Of a stretch of 64,000 nt of DNA, positions 8,693 to 17,894 are shown in pieces. Position 1 is the first letter of the stretch; each line of letters begins with the position of its first letter. Made by a program: the position numbers and the translations under genes. This stretch comes from Candidatus Altimarinota bacterium (lineage in GTDB: Bacteria > Patescibacteriota > Gracilibacteria > UBA4473). The notes beneath the pieces were generated by a model. That model made no database searches, was not told the DNA's origin, and saw nothing but the letters and a program-made list of their open reading frames with translations. Location of the stretch: contig JAHDHX010000006.1 in the NCBI GenBank assembly GCA_020631075.1, positions 42,243-106,242 on the forward strand. The letters are read 5' to 3'.

Positions 8693-10018
8693 ATGAATTT
8701 TCGCACCCACCTCACCAACATCCTCGCCGCCTTCACCCTGAGCATCGTCACGCTCAGCATGGGGGCAGCTTTTGGCATCATGATCGGCCGCGGTGCCCTC
8801 GCGGGCATGCTCTCTGCCGCCGTTCTGGCCTTCCTCGCACCACTCTTCGGCGGCACGCGCATCCAGTGCTCTGGCCCCACCGCCCCAGTCAGCACCCTGG
8901 TCGTCAGCCTCCTCGCTACCCAAGCCCTCCCCACCGACATGGGTCTCCCCCCTGACCAGTTTCTCAATCTTGTCTTTGTGCTCAGTGGTGTGCTGCTCGC
9001 ACTCTCTGGTGTGGTGGGGCTGGGGCGTTTTATCGCCCTCATCCCCAATGTCATCATCTCTGGGTTTATGACCGGCATCGGCCTCCTCATTTTCCAGTCA
9101 CAGCTCCGCACCCTCCTCGCCCAGACAGCCCTCCCTTACTTTGGGGCCACCCTTGCCTTTGCTTTGGGGGCTTTCTGTGTGTGCCTCATCAGCCCCATCC
9201 TCCTGCGTCGGTGGGTGCCCCAGTGGGCTGGGCTTCTCTCGGGCACTTTTTTGGCCTTGCTTTTCGGCACTTGCCTGGCGCAGCTCCTTCCCTTTCCGCT
9301 AGAGCGCATCGCCCTCCCCACGGGTTCACTGTTCAGTGACCTCATCTTCTTTTCCCCGACAGCACTCAGCGGGCTCGACTTCACCCTCTGGGCCATAGCG
9401 CTCTGGTGGGCCCTGCAACTCGCCTTCACTCTCTACCTCGACACGCTGATGACCGCCCTCATCATTGACCGCCTCACCCACTCCCCGACTCCTCGCTCGC
9501 GTGAGCTCATCGGTCAGGGCGTCAGCGGTGTGGTGATCGGCCTGATGGGCGGCATACCAGGGGCGCAAGCCACCGTCCGCTCAGTGCTCCTCCACAAGGA
9601 AGGCGCCACCCACCGCTACGCCAGTGCCCTGATTGGCCTCTTGGCGTTTATCTTACTCCTCGCTTTTCGCCCCCTCCTACGGCAGATCCCCAGCGCACTG
9701 TTTATCGGCATCCTCTTCAAGGTCGCCCTCGACATCATCGACTTCCAGCCCCTCCGACTTTACTTCCGTGAGCTCACCCACCGGCAACTCGGCCGCCAGT
9801 GGCTCTCTCGGCACGACGACGCCCAGATTTTCGTCACCCACCGCGAGATACTCTTTATCATCACCACCGCCCTCGGCACCCTCTTCTGGGGGTTGATCCC
9901 CACCGTGCTCACTGCCACCGCCACCTATCTAGTGCTCCAACGTACACTGTGGGCACACGTCCCCATGCGTGACCTCCAGCTCGACACCGAAACTGAGTCC
10001 ATCGGTGGTGAAGATTAA
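8693..10018 (+). CDS. SulP/SLC26 family anion transporter, no obvious STAS domain
   Basis: LFGGTRIQCSGPTAP, VIISGFMTGIG, RELIGQG, GGIPGAQATVRS; multiple TM segments. Confidence 0.85.
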   Translation: MNFRTHLTNILAAFTLSIVTLSMGAAFGIMIGRGALAGMLSAAVLAFLAPLFGGTRIQCSGPTAPVSTLVVSLLATQALPTDMGLPPDQFLNLVFVLSGVLLALSGVVGLGRFIALIPNVIISGFMTGIGLLIFQSQLRTLLAQTALPYFGATLAFALGAFCVCLISPILLRRWVPQWAGLLSGTFLALLFGTCLAQLLPFPLERIALPTGSLFSDLIFFSPTALSGLDFTLWAIALWWALQLAFTLYLDTLMTALIIDRLTHSPTPRSRELIGQGVSGVVIGLMGGIPGAQATVRSVLLHKEGATHRYASALIGLLAFILLLAFRPLLRQIPSALFIGILFKVALDIIDFQPLRLYFRELTHRQLGRQWLSRHDDAQIFVTHREILFIITTALGTLFWGLIPTVLTATATYLVLQRTLWAHVPMRDLQLDTETESIGGED

Positions 10019-10046
10019 AAAAACACTCCCAAAGTAAATATATCCC

Positions 10047-11012
10047 ATGCCCACCCCACACAACATCGTCACCTTTATGCAAGACATCGGGGTTGCCCGC
10101 CACCAGGTCGAATCCCTCCTCAGCACATTTGACCTCACCGCTGACTGGTCACTGGCGGACGGCCACCCCTGCCCCGTGCCCGAGCACGTCTTTGCCCTCT
10201 GCACCGTCAACACCCCTCTGACACAGACAGAACTCACTCCATTCAAAAATCTACAGCACATCTCCGTCTCTTTCACAGGGTTCAACCACATTGACCTCGC
10301 CTATTGCCAGCAGCACGACATCAAGGTCTGCAACGTCCCAGGCTACGCCACTGACTCCGTCGCCGAGCTCGCCCTCGGGTTAACTTTCAGCCTCCTCCGA
10401 CAGATCCCCACCGCCCACCGCAGCACTGTCGCTGGCCACTGGCAGGGCACCCTCCCCCCAGGCACAGAGCTCTCTGGCCAGACCTGCGGCATCATCGGCA
10501 CTGGGGCCATCGGCACTCGCCTGGCCCAGATCCTCTCAGCCTTCGGCTGTCCTTTACTCTGCACTTCACGCACACCCCGCCCAGCACTCCTAGACCTTGG
10601 CGCGACCTACGTCCCGCAGCCACAGCTCCTCCGTCAGAGTGACATCATCTTCCTTACCACCGCGCTCACACCACAGACACATCACCTCATCGACGCTGAG
10701 TCTTTTCGACTCATGCGGCCCACCGCCCTCCTCATTAATGTCGCCCGCGGCCCCATCATCGACACCCCTGCGCTTATTTCCGCCCTTGCATCAGGCCAAA
10801 TCGCTGGCGCTGGTCTCGACGTCTACGCCTCCGAGCCCCTCACCGCTTCCGACCCACTCCTTTCTGTCACCGACAAGCTCGTCCTCACCCCACACATAGC
10901 CTACCGCACTCAGCAAGCCCTCGACCGCAAAGCCAAAACCACCATTGAAAACATTGGCCGACATTTCACCAGCCAACCACTGTTACACGAAGTAAAACCA
11001 CCAAAAAAGTAG
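10047..11012 (+). CDS. D-isomer-specific 2-hydroxyacid dehydrogenase
   Basis: NVPGYATDSVAE, GIIGTGAIG, INVARG, GLDVY..EP, LTPHIA. Confidence 0.9.
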   Translation: MPTPHNIVTFMQDIGVARHQVESLLSTFDLTADWSLADGHPCPVPEHVFALCTVNTPLTQTELTPFKNLQHISVSFTGFNHIDLAYCQQHDIKVCNVPGYATDSVAELALGLTFSLLRQIPTAHRSTVAGHWQGTLPPGTELSGQTCGIIGTGAIGTRLAQILSAFGCPLLCTSRTPRPALLDLGATYVPQPQLLRQSDIIFLTTALTPQTHHLIDAESFRLMRPTALLINVARGPIIDTPALISALASGQIAGAGLDVYASEPLTASDPLLSVTDKLVLTPHIAYRTQQALDRKAKTTIENIGRHFTSQPLLHEVKPPKK

Positions 11013-11030
11013 TGATTTAATTCAATGATG

Positions 11031-11106
11031 TGGTGGGAGTGGTGGGAATTGAACCCACTACCAAAGCGTTATGAGCGCCCTGCTCTAACCATTGAGCTAC
11101 ACTCCC
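11031..11106 (-). tRNA. tRNA with CAU anticodon, probably Ile2 (lysidine-modified) rather than Met
   Basis: GGGAGTG/CACTCCC acceptor stem, D-arm TAGCTCAATGGTTAGAGCA, CT-CAT-AA loop, GTTCAATTC T-loop, encoded CCA. Confidence 0.9.
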
Positions 11107-11208
11107 CCTTGCCGTAAGGCTCCACACGCCCAGCCCCCGCGAGTGACTTACGCTGGAGAGATTTTACCAAAAATCACGTCCACTGCGCCAACCAAAAACA
11201 CCCCAAAA

Positions 11209-11284
11209 TGGGGCGAATGAAGGGAATTGAACCCTCGACCTACGGAACCACAACCCGTTGCTCTACCACTGAGCTACATTCGCC
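11209..11284 (-). tRNA. tRNA-His (GTG)
   Basis: 8-bp acceptor stem including G-1 (GGCGAATG/CATTCGCC), TT-GTG-GT loop, encoded CCA. Confidence 0.95.
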
Positions 11285-11332
11285 GCCATACCTTTTTCAT
11301 CGGTTCTCTGCGGTGGTTTTCAGGCGGAGGCA

Positions 11333-11361
11333 AATCTAGCCCCCCCCTAGCCCCCTGTCAA
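11333..11361 (-). promoter_or_regulatory. Sigma70-type promoter for the tRNA-His transcript
   Basis: TTGACA-17 nt-TAGATT on the minus strand, about 50 nt upstream of the tRNA. Confidence 0.7.
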
Positions 11362-11372
11362 AGTTCTTCCCG

Positions 11373-11714
11373 CTAAAGCACCGACTCATAGTCACTACTC
11401 AGCAGGTGCAGGTGCACATGGGGCACCACTTGCCCACCCGCTTCCCCGACATTCATATGCAGTTTATACCCCTCTAAGTCCAACTCGTCGGCTATCTGCT
11501 TCGCCGCCCAATACAGATGCCCCAGCACAGGCACCGTCTCCAGCGTGACGTCTCTCGCCGTGACTATAGCTTGCTTGGGGCAGATCAGCACATGAGTCTG
11601 CGCCTTCGGGGCGATGTCACGGAAGGCAAACACCAGCTCATCTTCATACACTTTTTCACACGGCAGCTCGCCCGCGATGATCTTGGCAAAAATGTTTTCA
11701 GGTAAAAAAACCAT
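11373..11714 (-). CDS. HIT family nucleotide-binding protein (HinT-like)
   Basis: IFAKIIAGELP, AFRDIAPKAQTHVL, GQVVPHVHLHLL histidine triad. Confidence 0.9.
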   Translation of the reverse strand: MVFLPENIFAKIIAGELPCEKVYEDELVFAFRDIAPKAQTHVLICPKQAIVTARDVTLETVPVLGHLYWAAKQIADELDLEGYKLHMNVGEAGGQVVPHVHLHLLSSDYESVL

Positions 11715-11728
11715 GTATTATAAATATC

Positions 11729-12124
11729 TTAAATCTTTCCCATCTCTCTATATTCCTTTAAGTCTTCATATTGATCTATTATTGATGGATATTTATAACT
11801 AATAACTCTTAATACAATATTCAATCTATCTACAACTTTATTATAAGTTTTACCCATAATTATCTCTTGATGTTCTTCACAAGAACTAAAATAACCAGCA
11901 TCCCACAAAACCGACATCACATCTTCTTGAACCACTAGTGCTAGTTTGCTTTTTTCAGAATTTGATAATTTTTTAGAAATTTCAATCAAATGTTCCATTT
12001 CTTTAGACACAAAGTCGTATATATTTTTAATTTCAATACTTGATTCAAGATTAAGGTCTCCTTCACAGTCATAATCGTGGCGCCAAGTTCTTTTTTGCAA
12101 TTGCAATAAGCTTAATTTGTACAT
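11729..12124 (-). CDS. Hypothetical protein (AT-rich orphan)
   Basis: 131-aa ORF from ATG 12124 filling an AT-rich gap. Confidence 0.6.
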   Translation of the reverse strand: MYKLSLLQLQKRTWRHDYDCEGDLNLESSIEIKNIYDFVSKEMEHLIEISKKLSNSEKSKLALVVQEDVMSVLWDAGYFSSCEEHQEIIMGKTYNKVVDRLNIVLRVISYKYPSIIDQYEDLKEYREMGKI

Positions 12125-12155
12125 GAAAAAATAATAATAAAAATTACAAAAAAGT

Positions 12156-13259
12156 CTAGCGAAATTTCTCATGCGCCCCCGCCAACCCCTTGGCAGCCAG
12201 CGCCCCCAGCAGCGAGATCTCCCCCGCCAGCACCCCCAGCCCCACCACGCCCGCCAGCTCCGCCGTACGCTCACCGTGGCCCATGGGGGCCGTCAGCCCG
12301 ATTAGGCTTTGGTACTGCCCCTGCAACGGCAACCGAGTCCCCCCCCCCAGCACCCCGACTACCACCGCTGGCAGCTCCACCCCTACCCGCAGCCCCGCTG
12401 GTGTCGCCTCTACCTTGGTCACCCCCTGACTGCCCGCCACTATGTGCGCCAGGTCTTGCCCCAGCGCCGCATACACCCCCGCAATGATGTTTGCGTGGTG
12501 GCTGTTGGTCGCCGTCATCCCCGCCAGCGCACTCCCCTGCTCCAGCTTCGCCACCGCCACGTGTTGCAGTTCTTCCGCACCACAGTGCAGCACCGCTCGC
12601 AAGATTTCATCCGTCACCGTCACCCCGACCTCTACTTGATACTTCCGCCCCTCCACGCGAATCGTCTCCGACGGTTTTTTATCACTACACCAGTTTGATG
12701 ATACTGCCACCAGCCGCACCGGCAGCCCCGTTTCCACCACTTGTTCGGCCATGGCCTTGGTAGCGATCGTCGCCATATTCATCCCCATGGCCTCCCCCGT
12801 GTCAAACCAGTGCCGCATATGCAGGTTACCCTCCACCACCCGCACTTCCGTCCGCAGCAACCGCGTGTGACCACTGACCGTTTCACAGGCCGCCTGCAAT
12901 CGGGCTTCATTTTCCGCCACCCACACCCGTACCTCCGCTTCGGTCATTTGCTTGAGCAATCGGTACACAGGCGCACGGCTGATCCCACAGTGCCTCACCC
13001 GCACGGTCGCCCCCCCCGCTTGGCGCAGCACCTTCGCCCCACGGTTCACACTGGCGACTAGGCACGCTTCCGTCGTGGCCAAAGGCAACCGATACTCCCG
13101 CCCCTCCTCCGTGCGCAGCGGCCCCACCACCCCCACAGGCAACGTCACCACCCCAATGACGTTCTCACAGTTTCGTGCATATTGACTCAGGTCCAGACCA
13201 GCCCCCAAGTCGACCTCTGGCACCTTTCCCCCAAAAATCTTTTCCAGTCGCTCATTCAT
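12156..13259 (-). CDS. hmgA: HMG-CoA reductase, class I (NADPH-type)
   Basis: NCENVIG, PLATTEACLVASVNRG, DTGEAMGMNM, SNWCSDKK, GQDLAH, GGGT. Confidence 0.9.
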   Translation of the reverse strand: MNERLEKIFGGKVPEVDLGAGLDLSQYARNCENVIGVVTLPVGVVGPLRTEEGREYRLPLATTEACLVASVNRGAKVLRQAGGATVRVRHCGISRAPVYRLLKQMTEAEVRVWVAENEARLQAACETVSGHTRLLRTEVRVVEGNLHMRHWFDTGEAMGMNMATIATKAMAEQVVETGLPVRLVAVSSNWCSDKKPSETIRVEGRKYQVEVGVTVTDEILRAVLHCGAEELQHVAVAKLEQGSALAGMTATNSHHANIIAGVYAALGQDLAHIVAGSQGVTKVEATPAGLRVGVELPAVVVGVLGGGTRLPLQGQYQSLIGLTAPMGHGERTAELAGVVGLGVLAGEISLLGALAAKGLAGAHEKFR

Positions 13260-13283
13260 CGCCAGCGAATATAATCAAAACCC
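13260..13283. promoter_or_regulatory. Compact bidirectional, probably leaderless promoter
   Basis: Overlapping -10 boxes: TATAAT (+, 13270-13275) and TATATT (-, 13273-13268), each 8 nt before an ATG. Confidence 0.55.
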
Positions 13284-14159
13284 ATGACAACGCGAATTTT
13301 CTCTACCAGCGGCAAACTCATCCTGTTTGGTGAGCACGCCGTGCTGCACGGCGCCCCCGCTTTGGCCGTCCCCGCTATTCCCACGGCCCTCACACTCACC
13401 GTCTCACCGCATTCCGCCAGTGCCCCGCCCCAGCACACGCTCGACACCCAGCCCCTCCCGGCCGTCATCCTGTCAGATATCAACTGGTGGCAACAGCACT
13501 TCCCCACCCCCACTTCATTCGTCTTTCACCTCACCACTCACTCCCCCATTGGCTGTGGGCTGGGTATGTCCGCCGCTTGGTCCGTCCTCCTCGGGCAACT
13601 GTCACAGCACCTGCAGCTGACAGACACACGCACCACTCTTGACCTCATCACCCAGCTCGAGCACCGCCACCACGGCCGCGCCAGCGGCCTCGACCACTTG
13701 ACCATCTGGCACCAGTCACCCATCTGGCTACAGCAAGGCCAACTCACCCAGCTCCCCGACTTCACCCCCCCGTGGGTCACCCACCCTAAAACCTGGCATC
13801 TAATTTTTACTGGCACACCCGACCAATCCACCGCCCAGATGGTGCAGCACATCCAGCAGCAACCCCACCACACCCAGTTTCCGCGGCACATCACTGCCCC
13901 CAGCCAGCTCACCGACCCAACGCTTGACTGGCCCACCCTCATCGACACCACTGGGCAATGGCTCGAAACCTTCGGGGCCGTCACCGCAAAAGACCAAACC
14001 GCCTTCGCTCAGCTTCGTGCCGCGGGGCACCAAGGCAAGATCTGCGGCGCAGGTGGCCACACTGGCGGCAGCGGAGTCGCACTCATCCACTGCCCCGATG
14101 CAGACTTTTTCTCACTGTGGTGCACTCAGCATGACTACCGCGTCTTGCCACTAATTTAA
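13284..14159 (+). CDS. mvk: Mevalonate kinase (GHMP kinase)
   Basis: GKLILFGEHAV, PIGCGLGMSAA, HGRASGLD, CGAGG; adjacent to HMG-CoA reductase. Confidence 0.85.
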   Translation: MTTRIFSTSGKLILFGEHAVLHGAPALAVPAIPTALTLTVSPHSASAPPQHTLDTQPLPAVILSDINWWQQHFPTPTSFVFHLTTHSPIGCGLGMSAAWSVLLGQLSQHLQLTDTRTTLDLITQLEHRHHGRASGLDHLTIWHQSPIWLQQGQLTQLPDFTPPWVTHPKTWHLIFTGTPDQSTAQMVQHIQQQPHHTQFPRHITAPSQLTDPTLDWPTLIDTTGQWLETFGAVTAKDQTAFAQLRAAGHQGKICGAGGHTGGSGVALIHCPDADFFSLWCTQHDYRVLPLI

Positions 14160-14888
14160 TTTCATCAATATCTTTACATTTCCGTTCTCCATAACTTTTA
14201 AACGGAATACCGAATCCATTTTTCCGATTTTATAATCACCCTCTTGAAAACAAGCATTTTCAGTGTCGTAGTATTTTATGAATCGTTCATAAAGATTCTT
14301 CACCGAAGAGCGGAAAAATTCATTTCCTCTTCTTGTTCTGTAGCCCATCTGATTCAGAGTACGAGCTATACTCTCCCATGTTGAGTTTTCTTTCAATCGT
14401 TTTTCTACAATCAACCGAAACACTGCACGATTGGCTGCATCATTCAGAGAATTTTCTATCACTTTTCCTATTCCCCCTGACCGAAAATTATTTTCCTGCA
14501 AAGGAAGAAGGCCTGCCGTTTCTTCTTTTAGATTTTCATCTTCACTTATTGCTTCCAATTCAAATATTTCTTCATACGTTTGATCAACTATTTCCTTAAA
14601 ATGTGTCACAACCCATCGTCGTATTTCCGCAGGTATTTTTTGAGAATCTAAAACCGCTACAGCCAATTTTGTCGGCCAATTTCCCGTAAAATCAATTGAT
14701 AATTTTCTTGCTGCCAAAAGAGTATTTAAAACCAAATTAGAGAGCTCTTTTTGAGCCACATTTTCACACACACCTTCATCGTAATTTTCATTCAGATAAC
14801 TTAATATTTGCTCACGTGTATCAAAAACATTCTCTGTTTGATTTGAGAGGTCTGTCACTACTTTTTTTAGGCATTGTATAGAATTCAT
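14151..14888 (-). CDS. Hypothetical protein with a recombinase-type DNA-binding segment
   Basis: AT-rich ORF; WESIARTLNQMGYRTRRGNEFFRSSVKNL resembles the DNA-binding domain of large serine recombinases. No catalytic resolvase domain seen. Confidence 0.65.
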   Translation of the reverse strand: MNSIQCLKKVVTDLSNQTENVFDTREQILSYLNENYDEGVCENVAQKELSNLVLNTLLAARKLSIDFTGNWPTKLAVAVLDSQKIPAEIRRWVVTHFKEIVDQTYEEIFELEAISEDENLKEETAGLLPLQENNFRSGGIGKVIENSLNDAANRAVFRLIVEKRLKENSTWESIARTLNQMGYRTRRGNEFFRSSVKNLYERFIKYYDTENACFQEGDYKIGKMDSVFRLKVMENGNVKILMKLN

Positions 14889-14918
14889 GACTAAAAAATA
14901 AAAAGAAAAACAAAAAAG

Positions 14919-15638
14919 TCAAAAACCCCGTATCACCTCCACCATTTCCTTAGGCGACCAGTCCCCCGTCACATTCGGCCAAAACCCACTATAGGCCAAC
15001 ACGCCCCCCAGCTCCCGCAAGAAGTAGTACCGCTCCTTGGGGAACCGCCCATGCTGATAGTCCGCCTTATGTAGGTAATACTCATCCACCCCATAGCGCC
15101 CAGCCAGCAACCCGATCCGCCCCAAGTGAAAATCCTGCGACACCATCACATACGACCGTCCGTCTTTTGGGTTCAGGTTCCGCACCGTCGCCTGAGTCGT
15201 TATCCCCTCATAATCCATCTCCATCGCTTTTTCCGCTATCCCCAGCTTTTTCAGTTCCTTGACCATCACATCCACCTCGTGCGCCCCATAGGTCGAAGCC
15301 CCGCCCGACAGCACCAGGCACGACACTTTCTGGTTGTTATACAGCTGCCCCGCCGCGTTGATGCGGTCACTCAGGGCGTGGCTCGGCACGTCATCGCGCC
15401 ACACCGCCGCCCCAAACACCACCGCACAGTCCGCCGTCACATCATCGGGCAGCGTGTCGTCAGTGTGTGACCACACTGTCCACACCGCCCACAGCCCCAG
15501 ACACAGCACCCCCAGTGCCGCCCACCCCAGCAACCACACCCCCCAGCACAGCAAGCCCCAGACGCACGACAGCCCCCAGCGCACCCCCCGTCCGAGGGCT
15601 CGCCACATCCACGCCACACTGTTACGCATCCATTTCAT
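14919..15638 (-). CDS. YdcF/ElyC/SanA (DUF218) family membrane protein
   Basis: AVVFGAAV, L.DR, VLSGG, HEVDVM, VSQDFHLGR, YFLRE. Confidence 0.85.
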   Translation of the reverse strand: MKWMRNSVAWMWRALGRGVRWGLSCVWGLLCWGVWLLGWAALGVLCLGLWAVWTVWSHTDDTLPDDVTADCAVVFGAAVWRDDVPSHALSDRINAAGQLYNNQKVSCLVLSGGASTYGAHEVDVMVKELKKLGIAEKAMEMDYEGITTQATVRNLNPKDGRSYVMVSQDFHLGRIGLLAGRYGVDEYYLHKADYQHGRFPKERYYFLRELGGVLAYSGFWPNVTGDWSPKEMVEVIRGF

Positions 15639-15650
15639 TTGTTTCAGACA

Positions 15651-16583
15651 CTACACCTCTTCTATCCCAAACTCCAGCCCGCCCGCATCATCGAGCCGTT
15701 TTTCATACACCATTGGCAGGTGGTGTGGGTGCCCCCGCCGCGTCTCAGACGAATACACCTCCGCAAACTCCTCCCCCTCTTCCGTTTCCACCAGCACATA
15801 TTCCAGCTCTTCGGGTGACGGTTCGTCCGTCACTGCACTCTCCATCGACACCAGCTTGTCGGGCACACCGTCCGCGGGCACGCCGTCCCCCTCCGTGCGG
15901 TCGACCCACGGCACATACTCCGACCAGTGTATCCGCCTCGGCTTGCGTGACCCACGCTGTCGTCGCCGCCCCGAGGGGATCCGCAGCTGCGGCAGCTCCC
16001 CCACACCGTGGTTTTCCACTTGCCTCGTCACGATAGCCCCGATCAAATCTTTGAAGGCCGACTCCTCCGTAAAATTCTTCTGGTGCACCAACTTTTCCTT
16101 AAAAAACTCAATCGTCTTCGCCACCTTGGTCGGGTGCGGCACGAGGTCAAAACTCACCGGCACCCCCCCACTCATCCGTTGGAAAGCCAACGTCCCGTAG
16201 TTATACATAAACGCCCGCCACCCCGCTTTATCGACCGATATTTCCTCCAAATTCCAGTAATCCAACCGCGTTATGCGCTTATGAAAGATCTTGTCCCACC
16301 GCACAATGATCAAGTTCAAATTCGTCACCAGCAACGCGTTAAAAAACCACTTCCAGAAATACCCCAACATCATCACCGCCCCCACCACCAGCAACGCCAG
16401 CCAGAGGTACCGTCCATGCCAAGGGTAAAAGAAATACACTACATACGCCCCCCCCCACCACAGCAACCCCTGCACGACGATGTTTTTCAGCACAAAAGTA
16501 AACATCGTCCGATACACCTTATGCACCCCCTCACCCTCTTCGAGCATATTCCCAAACCCCAGTGATCGCAGTCGGTGAAACAT
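15651..16583 (-). CDS. Membrane protein with bacterial PH-like domain and acidic C-terminal tail
   Basis: Two TM helices, then LLVTNLNLI...LEEISVDKAG...YNYGTL...VPHP. Start uncertain. Confidence 0.65.
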   Translation of the reverse strand: MFHRLRSLGFGNMLEEGEGVHKVYRTMFTFVLKNIVVQGLLWWGGAYVVYFFYPWHGRYLWLALLVVGAVMMLGYFWKWFFNALLVTNLNLIIVRWDKIFHKRITRLDYWNLEEISVDKAGWRAFMYNYGTLAFQRMSGGVPVSFDLVPHPTKVAKTIEFFKEKLVHQKNFTEESAFKDLIGAIVTRQVENHGVGELPQLRIPSGRRRQRGSRKPRRIHWSEYVPWVDRTEGDGVPADGVPDKLVSMESAVTDEPSPEELEYVLVETEEGEEFAEVYSSETRRGHPHHLPMVYEKRLDDAGGLEFGIEEV

Positions 16584-17807
16584 AAATTCGATTTTTACAT
16601 CCCGTATCATAAAGAAAAAGTATATGAGAAAAAACTTGCAAAAAAAACAATAAACATCATTGATATGGTAATGAAAACAATTATGAACAACAGCAAGACC
16701 CCAACAGCCTTCATTACAGAAGAAAATGAACTCCCCATCATTGAACATCTTTACGACATCCTCCCTCCAACAGATTTAAATGAAACCACTGATGAAATTC
16801 GTAATGAAATAAAAATGCTAATCTATCGTAATTCTCAAGAAGGAGCATTTATGACAGTGCAACCAACTTGTGAAGAATACAACTGCAATCCATTTTGTTC
16901 TGAATATCTTTTCTATCGAAATTCATCACCTTGGCCACTATTCGAAAAAGAAATATACAAAGGTTTAGACAAAGCTGAAACAAATGAAGCTCTCGCATTT
17001 GCATTTAATAATTTTTCAAATTCAAAGCTAAAACTTGATTTAGAAACAGTTCATAATGCGTACGAAGCATATCGAATTAGTCAAAACGACTTAGAAAAAA
17101 TTAAAAATGGAGGAAATGAGAAATATCTAAATAATTTTCTCAATAGCTCTCAAAATCCAGAAAAAATATGGAAAAATGCTATTGGCATTGAGCGTCATCG
17201 CTTAGAAAAAGAAATCACTAATTGGAAAACTAAAAATTTACCACGACTTTTAATAAAATGGTCTCAATATGACACTCGCGATCTGGCAGCTAATATAGTT
17301 TCTTTGGGCAGAAAAGCTGTTTATGATGATTACAAGAAAACATGCAATGAAGTGCGTCAAAGAAGAGAAATTATTGATTCACTGTCTTGCATTGTAGATA
17401 AATTAAAAGAAGATGAAAATTGGAATATACCAGATGATTTTCATCCTTGGCTACTTACAAAAGTAAGCAAACATATTTTCCATGACATTCCTTGCCCAAA
17501 AGGCATTCAAGATTGCTTAAAAATAGTAAAAAAATGGAAAATTGAATTCGAAAAATCATACAGAGCTAACTCCATACTAAATGAAATTTACTTCAATAAT
17601 GCAAGTCAGGTAACGCAAAAATTACTTAAAAAAAATTATTCAAAGAAATACATTGAAAAATTAAATGATACACGAAAAAAATCAGAAAAAAGACAACAAG
17701 AATTAGAAGTAAAATTAAAAGAAAAGATAAACTACATCGACTGGAAAAGCTTCACTTCTGCAGAAGACTATCCCTATATACCCACCTCAGAATTTCATTT
17801 GCTCTAA
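16575..17807 (+). CDS. Hypothetical protein (AT-rich orphan)
   Basis: 410-codon ORF in very AT-rich DNA; true start may be the ATG near 16665. Confidence 0.7.
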   Translation: MKHKFDFYIPYHKEKVYEKKLAKKTINIIDMVMKTIMNNSKTPTAFITEENELPIIEHLYDILPPTDLNETTDEIRNEIKMLIYRNSQEGAFMTVQPTCEEYNCNPFCSEYLFYRNSSPWPLFEKEIYKGLDKAETNEALAFAFNNFSNSKLKLDLETVHNAYEAYRISQNDLEKIKNGGNEKYLNNFLNSSQNPEKIWKNAIGIERHRLEKEITNWKTKNLPRLLIKWSQYDTRDLAANIVSLGRKAVYDDYKKTCNEVRQRREIIDSLSCIVDKLKEDENWNIPDDFHPWLLTKVSKHIFHDIPCPKGIQDCLKIVKKWKIEFEKSYRANSILNEIYFNNASQVTQKLLKKNYSKKYIEKLNDTRKKSEKRQQELEVKLKEKINYIDWKSFTSAEDYPYIPTSEFHLL

Positions 17808-17894
17808 CATTTGTACTAACAAGAGTGAAGTGCTTATTGCACCCTCTTCCTCCTCGACTATGGTGCGCCTGAGTTTCACCCTCTCCCCCCTCGC

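Noticed and set aside
11031..11284. Integrative element at the tRNA genes
   Set aside because: No duplicated tRNA 3' end or integrase was found in the window.
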